Source: Mytilus edulis (taxonomy: Eukaryota). Taken from it: DNA of 64,000 nt. Of this stretch, positions 41,420 through 51,100 are shown one piece after another (position 1 is the first letter of the stretch; every line of letters begins with the position of its first letter). The position numbers were made by a program, and so were the translations under genes. Location of the stretch: assembly GCF_963676685.1 (NCBI RefSeq), contig NC_092356.1:72602001-72666000 (forward strand), read 5' to 3'. Below the pieces are notes generated by a model, which was not told where the DNA came from, searched no databases, and worked only from the letters and a program-made list of their open reading frames with translations.

Positions 41420-41837
41420 TTTTCTTTTGTTACATCTTTTGACATCAGACTCGGACTTCTCTTGAACTGAATTTTAATGTGCGTATTGTTATTCTTTTAC
41501 TTTTCTACATTGGCTAGAGGTATAGGGGGAGGGTTGAGATCTCATAAACATGTTTAACCCCGCCGCAATTTTGCGCCTGTCCCAAGTCAGGAGCCTCTGA
41601 CCTTTGTTAGTCTTGTATGATTTTAAATTTTAGTTTCTTGTGTATAATTCGGAGTTTAGTATGACGTCCATTATCACTGTACTATTATGCATATTTTAGG
41701 GGCCAGCTGAAGGACACCTACGGGTGCGGGAATTCTCGCTACATTGAAGACCCATTGGTTGCCTTCGGCTGTTGTTTGCTCTATGGTCGGGTGGTTGTCG
41801 CTTTGACATATTCACCATTTCCTTTCTCAATTTTATG
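41420..41837 (+). mobile_element. Short interspersed repeat family B (twister-module carrier)
   Basis: Shares only the central module with family A. Its 3' part (ggggccagctga..ggtcgggtggttgtc..ccatttcc.ttctcaatttt) recurs on the minus strand at 13660-13860, 56517-56685 and 61588-61763. Confidence 0.8.
41516..41598 (+). ncRNA. Putative twister ribozyme, circularly permuted (P5-type), best-preserved copy (repeat family B)
   Basis: Order: P5 AGAGGU - A - GGGG (P2') - GAGGG - [UUGAGAUCUCAUAAACAUGUU] - UAA - CCCC (P2) - GCC - P3 hairpin (CGCAA-UU-UUGCG) - CCUGUCCCAAGUCAGG (P4/L4) - A - GCCUCU (P5'). This matches the twister core motifs UAA/GCC/GUCCCAAGY/GAGGG. Predicted cleavage U41555/A41556. 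Confidence 0.72.
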
Positions 41838-42814
41838 GTTTATCATTATCTGTATCATTTAAAAAGAAAACAAAATCAAACTGAATCAATAATCTTCAAT
41901 TCTTACATATTTATAGATTGTCTACCATATTACTTTCTCTTCCGTGTGCATACAATAACTGTTCAGTGTTCTATTTGTTGTGTTGTATATTATTTTATTC
42001 TTATGTCATTGTTATAAAGTAATAATTGTAGTCATTGTGTTAAATGTAAAACCCGTAACAGTCCATAATTTGATTATTATATTCTCTTATACTTATACAG
42101 TTATCATTTAGAGAGACACACACTTTTGAAATGATTTTTTTTTCTGAGTATTAATTGTTGATAATAGAATACTATTTCTAAACAGTTTGTGAAAACAAAC
42201 ATTATATAATTAACAAATTAGCTCTCAAACTCACTGATTTCTCTTAGATGGGTGAAAAAAGGACAATTGCATACCAAAATCAATTTATAATACTTTTTGA
42301 CATGTTTTGAGCTCGGTGTAACCTTGTTCGTTTTAGATACTCTGATTGATTCGTTTAAATAAAAGCAACAGTAGAATACTGGTGTTCAAAATTCATCAAT
42401 CGATTGAGATAAAAACAAAATCAAGGTTACAGGCTATAACATATTCAAGTGCTTATAGAATAAAAAAAAAAGAAAAGAAAAAGAATTCAAATGTTCCACT
42501 ATGATATATTAAGGCAACACTAGTATACCTCTGTTCAAAAGTCATTAGTCGATTGAGAGATCCACTTGTATTCATGCTGTTACATAGAATTAAAGAAAAT
42601 GCCATTTGAAATGATTATCATGCAAAATATTTTCTTTTAATACAATGCAGTCTATTAAACTACACATTGTTATTGTTCTGGAAAGATTTGTTAGCGATAC
42701 AACCTTAATCTATGAATGTTAACCCACAATATTGGATCACGGCACCTAATCAACCTATTCTCAAAGAAAAAAGGTAACAACTAAATTAAAAAAGTCTAGG
42801 TGTGGATTTTTTCC

Positions 42815-42990
42815 AAATAAACTCATCATAGATATCAGGACTGAAATTTTATATTTACGCAAAATGTACGTTTCGTCCACCAAAAAAAAAAGGAAAATCA
42901 CAAAAATACTGAACTCAGAGGAAAATCAAATACCTAATCACATCAGTGATTCATCAAAAAGACTCATCAGTGACGCTCGAATAAAAAAAA
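42815..42990 (-). mobile_element. Retrozyme fragment whose hammerhead is split by a family C insertion
   Basis: The gtttcgtc (42870) and gactcatcagtgacgctc (42961) halves are separated by a family C end (aaaatcacaaaaatactgaactc.gaggaaaat). Confidence 0.6.
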
Positions 42991-43924
42991 ATTAGTGTAT
43001 AATTATGTTCCATAAATAAAGCTCTTTCTAAACTAGAATTATAATGGACTATGACAGACACTCAGTTGCTCCGTGTGTTGTCTGTAATGAATATTAACAT
43101 CATAAATTAGAAAACTGTTGTTCAACAACAAATTTCTCGTAATTTTATAAAAAAAAACGGAATTTAGAAACAGAAATTTGTTCATCATACATAAACTGCT
43201 CAAACAGAGTTATAAGAAAGAATTAGCGAAATCAACACAACACGGTCACCATAACGATATGTCGTCATTAGTGGAATATGACAGTTTTTGTCCATTCGTT
43301 TTTGATGCGTTTTGTTATTAGATTTTGCCATGTGATTATGGACTTTCCCAATTGATCTTCTCTAAGTTCAGTATTTTTGTGATTTTACTTTTTGTCACGG
43401 GCTATAAGTTTAGTCGTCTTATGTGTTATTTTAACGTGTGTGTCTATTCAACTCCAGACAGCGACATTTCGACTGAACGTGGATGCGCTTGATGGATTAT
43501 ACATGAATTACAAGATATAATAAACACCAGTCTTGCTTCTTTGAGAGTTCATGCGATTCCCTCAGTTGTTTTTCGTTACCATGATAAGACCAACAGGGGA
43601 AAGCCAGCTGACTGTCCCTGTTCCAAATCAAGATTGCAGAGCTGCATTAATTTGTGTCATTTAAGACTATTCGACCCTATAACAGATTCTGACAATTCTA
43701 CCGCTTTGCAGATCAGTGAGAACAGTACCATCATAAAAAACATTTTACAGTTATATCTAAAAACTGTTACGGATATTTCTTTCATTGAAATAATTTTAAA
43801 TGTTGCCTTATGTGTGTCATTAATAACTGTTCTACTCGCGAACAGTCCGGCATGCTTAAATAAAACAACTCGGGAAAGTTGTACGCAGTCATGCCATTAA
43901 GAACTAATCTGTAATTCAAGAGAA

Positions 43925-44330
43925 AAAGGCAACAGTAGTTTACCGCTGTCGGAAAATCATAAGTGCCTTGAGAAAAAAAGAAATCCGGGTTAAAAAAACT
44001 AAAACAGAGGGAAACACATCAATTATAAGAGGAAAACAACGAAACAACTGGAACAGTAAAGTTCAACAAAAAACCAAATGACAATGTAACACACACGGAA
44101 ACGAACTATAAGATAAGAACTGCCATTTTCCTGATTTGGTACAGGACATTTTATCACAAAAATGGTAGCCTTCATCTGCTTTATTGGCTAGCTTAACCTC
44201 GCGCTTTTATGGTAATTCTTAATATAACACTGAAAAGACAACATTAGATCACAGAGGACTAAAGTACAAATAAATGCAAGAACATTCAGAAAACAGAAAT
44301 ACACAAATAGACAATACAGTAATACATTTC
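43925..44330 (-). mobile_element. Short interspersed repeat family D
   Basis: aaggcaacagtagt.taccgctg..aaatccgggtta..cctgatttggtacaggac. Other copies: ~1610-1675, 3050-3170, 3890-3985, 6680-6775, 42358-42560, 46215-46440, 51425-51560, 58970-59240. Confidence 0.7.
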
Positions 44331-44340
44331 GACATGCTAA

Positions 44341-44570
44341 AAGTAATCAAGGTGCCCGGCAAATAATTTAATTCATTTACATACGACTCATCAGTGACGC
44401 TCAGATAAAAAAAAAAGAAAGAAAGTCAATCAAGTATAAAGTTAAAGAGCATTGATAACTCAAATTTCCACAAAGTCGTGTCAATTTCGTCTAAGGTTAT
44501 TAATGCCTCGGATAAAAAAATCTTTAGTATTTAGAATAGTTCTTTCTTTTGCAAACAGTCAATTAATAAG
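44341..44570 (-). mobile_element. Decayed retrozyme fragment (hammerhead half deleted)
   Basis: gactcatcagtgacgctc plus body (gttaaagagcattg..ctaaggt..atgcct); the GAAA half is missing. Confidence 0.55.
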
Positions 44571-45313
44571 AAGAACAGTTATCAGACAGACAGTTCTACC
44601 AACGACAGAAAAGAAAGATCAGTTACAATGTAGAATCATTTTGACAGTTATATCTAAAAACTGTTACGGACATTTCTATCATAGAAATAATTTCACAGCT
44701 GTTCTTATTCATGTCATTCATAACTGTTGTATCTTCGAACAGTTCTGCATTTCTAAAACAAAATAGGTCCGACCAGTTGAACCCTAGATTATCCTGCCAG
44801 TTTTGTAGGTATTTCATTAAGAACTGTTCTGGCCTTTAACAGAGTCTGACAGTTTTACCACAAAAAAGAATCGAAACGGTTTTAACCTAGTTTATATATT
44901 GTTCTATTGAAAACCCGCTTTTACTGATTCTCACAATCCACTAAATCCCTTCAATTTGTCTTATCTATTTGGTTATAATGTACATGTATGATATATAAAC
45001 ATGTTGCATCTGATCACGTGACAGCGTCGAATGTTTCGTTTATCTAGACGAAAGTGTATTCAATTTTAACATTTCTCAATTTCAGATCAATATTACAATA
45101 ATCAGTACAAATTATCCAAATCAGAAATTCAATTAGAACCGACAGAACCATATTTATAGCTTGAAATGGCAGGCTGTTAGCGTTGAAATGTCATTAATTG
45201 TTTCATGGCAGGCTGTTGGCGTTGAAATATCATTAATTGTTTACGTAATTGGCAGATCAGTCTGTACAACTATAGTTCAAGATTTGAAGGGTTTCCGAAG
45301 AGTGTTGCACGGC

Positions 45314-45672
45314 GGGAATTCATTGTTTGAGTGGACTTTCAACCATGTGTTTGAGTGGAATCGTATGGTTATTGACCTAATTTAGGGAATCATTGTTTGA
45401 GTGGACTTTCAACCATGTGTATGGGTGGAATCGTATGGTTATTGACCTACTTTAGGGAATTCATTTTTTGAGTGGGCTCTCAACCATGTGTATGGGTGGA
45501 ATCGTATGGTTATTGACCTACTTTAGGGAATTCATTGTTTGAGTGGGCTTTCAACCATGTGTAAGAGTGGAATCGTATGGTTATTGACCTACTTTAGGGA
45601 ATTCATTGTTTGATTGGGCTTTCAACCATATGTATGAGGGGAATCGTATGGTTATTGACCTCCTTGAGGGAA
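45314..45672. repeat. ~71-bp tandem repeat, 5 copies
   Basis: gggaattcattgtttgagtgg.. at 45314, 45385, 45455, 45526 and 45597. Confidence 0.95.
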
Positions 45673-45742
45673 GTTAATGACCAGTCATTATATTTGATTG
45701 CGCATTTAGATTATTGGAAATGTGACACGGTTTTAAATTCTC

Positions 45743-46026
45743 CAGGGTATAGTTTGACATGAATATCATAATGTGGTAATTTTTATAACTTTCCAATTTA
45801 AAAAACTTTGAATTTTTCGAAAAACTAAGGATAATCTTATCCAGTCAAAGATTACCTTAGTCGTATTTGGCACAACTTTTTGGAATTTTGGATCCTCAAT
45901 GCTCTTCAACCTTGTACTTGTTTGGCTTTATAAGTATGTTGATATGAGCGTCACTTATGAGTCTTATGTAGACTAAACGCGCGTCTGGCGTACTAAATTA
46001 TAATACTGGTACCTTTGATAACTATT
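45743..46026 (+). mobile_element. Retrozyme unit with inactivated hammerhead
   Basis: High similarity to 39640-39900. The core at 45946-45992 reads CUUAUGA and UAAA (G5 and G12 mutated). Confidence 0.75.
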
Positions 46027-46489
46027 TATATTAGGTTTACTGACGAATTTATTGAATTTTATCAAATATGACACTGTTTTGCTTGTAAACAGATTATTAT
46101 TAAAATAAAACTGTATAAACTTTGTGATAAAGATTGACATGAGCCATGCACGACTAAGGATAATGTACAAACAATAGCAACAATAGTATTTGGAAAGGAA
46201 CATTCATCTAATCAAGCCAATAGTATTAAAGCGATGTTTAGTAGTCATAAACCGATTTAACTGAACCAAATCTGGGTCACAATTTAAAACCGAGGAAAAC
46301 ACATCGTATATAAAAAGAAAACAACGGAATAACATACACACTGAACTGCTACAAAACCAAACGCAAACATACATAGACACGGACTATTTGGTAACAGCTG
46401 CCTTATTCCTGATCGAGTACATGACGTTTTATGGGAATATGATACAGTAGCAGGGGCAGACAATAACGTTTTCAAAACTTTTCGTGTTG

Positions 46490-46650
46490 TTTTCGCGAGT
46501 TTGCTAGCCATAACGTTGTAAATCGCGATATTTCATTTACATTAGCATTTTGCGGAATATTCACTGACGTCATTACTCCGGTTGCGCGAATTTTAAAAAA
46601 AGTACCTGCTTAAAAGGCGGTCATGCCGTTTCTAAAAGACGCCGTCCGAA
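46490..46650. promoter_or_regulatory. CpG-enriched promoter-like patch with a CRE and adjacent ETS-like site
   Basis: TGACGTCA at ~46566, read on the minus strand as CCGGAGTAATGACGTCA. Flanked by divergent ATGs at 46511(-) and 46623(+). Confidence 0.3.
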
Positions 46651-46835
46651 GAACAGGGAGATCAAAGGACTTGAAATGCATTAGACAGTCCATGTACACA
46701 GAGAGAAGAAAACTTATTGCTTTGCTGAATATTTATAACAAGATATGTCAAAAGAGAAGAAAATAGAAGTTTTTGCTGATTATAATTTAGCCACATAAGT
46801 TGAGATCACAATTACCTAATTGAATATAATTTTGC

Positions 46836-47140
46836 AAAAAAAATCATCACGAAAGTACTGAATTACGAGGAAAATTCAATCGTAAAGTCCCTAATCAAAT
46901 TGCAAAATCAAATGACAAAACACATTACACGAATGGACAACAACTGTCATATTCCTGACTTGGTACAGGCATTTTTAAATGTAGAAAATAGTGGATTGGA
47001 CCTGGTTTTATAGCGCTAAACCTTTCACTTATATGACAGTTGCATCAAATTCCGTTATATTTGCAACGATGCGTGAACAAAACAGACATAATAAACAAAA
47101 GTCAAAATATGGGTATAGCAGTCAACACTGTGTTACTATC
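46836..47140 (-). mobile_element. Short interspersed repeat family C
   Basis: aaatcacaaaaatactgaact.cgaggaaaattcaaa..cctgacttggtacaggca. Other copies: ~5265-5480, 7836-7910, 15665-15745, 43280-43392, 50805-50865, 52280-52460, 53500-53660, 58512-58970. Confidence 0.75.
46943..47040 (-). ncRNA. Twister-like variant module (repeat family C), probably degenerate
   Basis: The minus strand reads ACUGUCAUAU..GUGAAAGGU-UUAGCGCUA..CCAGGUCCAAUCCAC-(P3 AUUUU..AAAAU)-GCCUGUACCAAGUCAGG-A-AUAUGACAGU, with a perfect 10-bp closing stem. GAGGU is mutated in this copy but present in the 58840-58935 copy. Confidence 0.45.
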
Positions 47141-47776
47141 TAAAAACAATCTTAGATTCTTATTAATAACTTGTCAACAGGAAAGTAATACCAATGTGTT
47201 GAAAATAATTTCAATACCAAGCACCAACTTCTGGGCTGGTTATTTCTTTTGGGACTTTCAATCATCATGTAGTGGTAAAAGATGAAGTAACATTGCATAA
47301 ATGAAATGCTAATCCTCTTTTATTAGTTATACTGTTACTTGAACAATAATGATGCAATAAGGGCAATTTTTTATCTTTTTAATTAAATATTTTCAAACAT
47401 CGAAATGCATTGCATTTATTTCAACGTAGGCGTTTGTTATCGAATTACGCAACTTGTGTAATGATATTTATTCTTCACTATCTCATTGCTTGTTAAAATA
47501 TAACCTTTCGGAACGAGCACTATCTAACTGTGTTTGCACCTGCACTTCTGCACATTTTATTGTTTACATAATGAAGATTTAATTAAGATCTGTATACACA
47601 ATACAAATGAATAATAAATGTTAAATAATCACTACTAGAGATCTAACTTTTACAGTGCATCATCGTTCGAATTAAGTTTTTGGATTCAAAAATTTTGACC
47701 AAGAAGTAAAATCGGAGAAATTAAAGACGATATCATGACCTTTACAATAACAGTGAACACTACGATCCGCTTTTAA

Positions 47777-48130
47777 TGTTGTAATACCACCTACGTTAAC
47801 GATGTAGTGTTGGCTTTTTATGGCTTTGTCACTGCACGGACAGTGTAATACCACCTACGTTAACGATGTAGTCTTGGCTTTTTATGGCTTTGTCACTGCA
47901 CGGACAGTGTAATACCACCTACGTTAACGATGTAGTGTTGGCTTTTTATGGCTTTGTCACTGCACGGACAGAAGTTTGATGTTGTAATACCACCTACGTT
48001 AACGATGTAGTCTTGGCTTTTTATGGGCTGTCACTGCACGGACAGAAGTTTGATGTTGTAATACCACCTACGTTAACGATGTAGTCTTGGCTTTTTATGG
48101 CTTTGTCACTGCACGGACAGAAGTTTGATG
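47777..48130. repeat. 64-77-bp tandem repeat, 5 copies
   Basis: tgtaataccacctacgttaacgatgtagt..cactgcacggacag; later units carry an extra aagtttgatgt. Confidence 0.95.
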
Positions 48131-48730
48131 ACACTACTTTACTGGTTTCTTTTACGTTTGTCGTAGCTATAAAATAGTCTTGACAATAGAGTAGTCTGTT
48201 TCTGATCAATTGATGTCTGCGTTAAAAGCGAGTAAAACGAATGATAGATCATGTCTATAGAACCTCATTAGTGGAAACATATTTCTGATAAAGAGATTAC
48301 GTTTACAATTTTAATTCTTCGAGACACGAAAAAAAACTTATTCAAAGAACAAAAATGGTATTAAATGACTTAGGACTTGAACGCTTTCGGCAAGATATTC
48401 TACAACAAAATAAAGCTGCAGACTGACTTACTAAGAATTAAACCCTGTAGTTAAATGGAATAATAAACATGTTTTGATTTTACTTAACAATAGACCGTTG
48501 TTCAAGGGACATAATGCAAACTTATAGCGAGTCCTAAAAATAGGATTTCAAAAAAATATTCTTATCGACACACACTTAAAATCCGTTTGATGTGTATTGA
48601 TTTATACTTGCATTAAATCTAATTGGCTCTTAATCAACTCTCTGAGACTGCTAGTAGACCAAGTTCGGTATTTTGTGTCTTTTTTCATATTAGTTCTTTA
48701 GCTGGCTAAATTATTTGTGTGTCTGTCCCA

Positions 48731-49070
48731 ATAGTTATCAAAGGTTCCAGGATTATAATTTAGCACGCCAGACGCGCGTTTCGTCTACACAAAACTCATC
48801 AATGACGCTCATATCAAAATATTTATAAAGCCAAACAAGTACAAAGTAGAAAAGCCTTTAGGATCCAAAAAAAGTTGTGTCAAATACGGCTAAGGTAATC
48901 TATGCCTGGGATAAGACAATTCTTAGTTTATTCGAAAAATTCAAAGTTTCGTAACAGGAAATTTATAAAAATGACCACATTATTGATATTCATGTCAACA
49001 CCAAAGTTTTGACAACTGGGCTGTTGATACCCTCGGGGACGAAACGTCCACCAGCAGTATTATCGATCCA
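48731..49070 (-). mobile_element. Near full-length retrozyme unit (hammerhead C3 mutated) nested in a family A element
   Basis: The core on the minus strand at 48764-48810 reads UUGAUGA..GAAACGCGCGUC. The flanks rejoin to gtctgtcccaa|gtcaagaacc, the family A core. Confidence 0.75.
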
Positions 49071-51000
49071 AGTCAAGAACCCTTAATGCAGTTGTGGTCG
49101 ATTGTTTTTGTTTGTCCTGTTTGTTTATCATTAATTTTTGTTTATTTATCCGGCCTTCATTTTTTTTGGGAGTTGTTTCACATTAGTCATTTCCGGTTCA
49201 ACTTAAAGCGTATTGTCAAGTATGAGTTTTGTTCATTACTGAAGGTCATTTGTTTGAAAAATGTAAACGGTTAAGATAATGATATTATGAACGGATAAAA
49301 CATATTTATTTTATTTATAATATGAACAGATATAACATACAGTACTTATATTACTATTATGAACGGATATAACGTACTTATTTTACTACAAATATGAAAA
49401 GAGAAGAAATACTAATTTAACTAATATGAACGGATAAAACAAACCATTCCAACAAATGATTGAAACAAATAAAACAGCAATGGAAATAAAATAGGAGAAC
49501 TAATAGAACACACGTATCGAACTAAAAATAGGAAAATATGCTAAAACTGTTTTAATATATAAGAAGATGTGGTATGATTACCAATGAGATCCCTTTCCAT
49601 ACAGGTAACAATATGTAAAAGTAAACCATTATAGTTTATTTAAATTTTTCACGCATAAGAAACATTTGTTTTTATAAAAATAGGATAAAAATATATTAAT
49701 TGGTCAATTAGTTCATTTTTATTTACAACAATTGATATTACTTACCATGTTTCTGAACATGATAGATCCCGGTCGTAATGATTAAGAGAAGCCACCATCA
49801 CGATAATTGCCCGTCACTAATAAAATAAATGTTTACAACGGAAATGGAAACTCTGGCAATGCAACTTATATAACGATAGTCTTATGATCGCCGTCTCAAC
49901 TTATCACCTTCAGGTGTCACGCGTATTTGTAACGATGAGGTCACATGACTAAGAAATAGCTCATCTGCAAATTTCACATTAGTTACGTTGAAATATTAAA
50001 AAAAAAAACACAGTAATTTATCAACTCCAATACATTGTCAATATGAAATTGAAATTCATGATTTGACATTTATATAAGCAATTTAATTAACTCACACAGT
50101 GTAAAAAGTTCGATAATCAAATATAGTACAAAAATCGTAATACGTATTATAAAGATAAATTGCTCCTACAATAAAATTATGTTTGATTCTGAGCAAAAAT
50201 TGATTTATACTTATAGATAAAAATGTCATGATTATGCAGTTGTCGCGCTGATTAGAGTTGATAACTGTTTGTCATGTTCTTGATTGTTTCTTTTGTAAAC
50301 GCTTATATGTAAATATGCCATATCGTTTTTTGTTGACGTTTGGTATTTATTGCAGCAGGTTTGACGATAATGTAGCGGAAACTAGGGACTAAAATCTCAA
50401 ATGATATCATATTCTTAACTATAAAATAACTGATTAAATAAACACCCAAGTGACATGTCTAGCGTCTCAATGACATAGTTTAAATCTTTCCTTCGAGTAT
50501 TAAGTTCAGTTATCTGAATATGTTTTTTTATTAAAAAAAAGGAGATGAAAAACAGATTTCCTGCATTTAATAGGCCTTTAGCATAATATACAAAACCGAT
50601 GAAAGTCGAAAGCATTACGACTGGTGTACGAAAAATGGTACAACGATTACGATTGTCGAGTACAAAGAATCCTACAATCTACGAAAGCATGCCTACATTA
50701 CGTGAAGTCGTGCCTGACGATATGCACCTTCAAAACTTCAAGTAACATAGCACATGCCTTTAACAATTGATAAGTGGTAAAAGACAATAGGCCGAATAAA
50801 AATAAAAGTAAAATATTGATCTCCGAGGAAAATTTAAAACAAAAAGTTCATAATCAAATGGCAAAAGAAGCGTTACTAACTAACTTAGAAATTCAATTCA
50901 AGTACATGTGCAATGATATATCCAAGCTAATGATAATTATAACAGCAGAAGTAACCAAAATTCACTGTAGTTACAGTGACTATAATTTTGAACGCTTAGA

Positions 51001-51100
51001 AGAGCACTTCGTCTTCAAAAGATTCATTAGTGAGGCTCGAATAAAAAAAAGTGTATAGGAAAAATACGAAGTAGAACAGCATTGAAGACTCAGAATCCCA
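51001..51100 (-). mobile_element. Highly decayed retrozyme fragment
   Basis: ttcgtcttcaaaagattcattagtgaggctcgaataaaa..agcattgaagac resembles the family. A similar remnant lies at 13386-13455. Confidence 0.4.

Larger units (their letters stand above)
43640..44850. repeat. Diverged ~250-bp direct repeat pair separated by family D and retrozyme insertions
   Basis: acagttatatctaaaaactgttacgga at ~43747 and ~44644 with similar flanks. Confidence 0.6.

Noticed and set aside
41570-41595. Shared A-D core as a hairpin ribozyme or a generic SINE central domain
   Set aside because: It lacks hairpin-ribozyme loop B and has no tRNA head or A/B boxes; the twister model explains more conserved positions and the covariation.
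43541-43900. Longest ORF in the track (119 aa)
   Set aside because: It overlaps a diverged repeat pair, starts at TTG and has no recognisable domain.
45314-48130. Regular repeats (71-bp and 64-77-bp arrays, also the 79-bp array at 39901) as possible CRISPR arrays
   Set aside because: The units are repeated in full with no unique spacers, there are no cas genes, and the context is eukaryotic.
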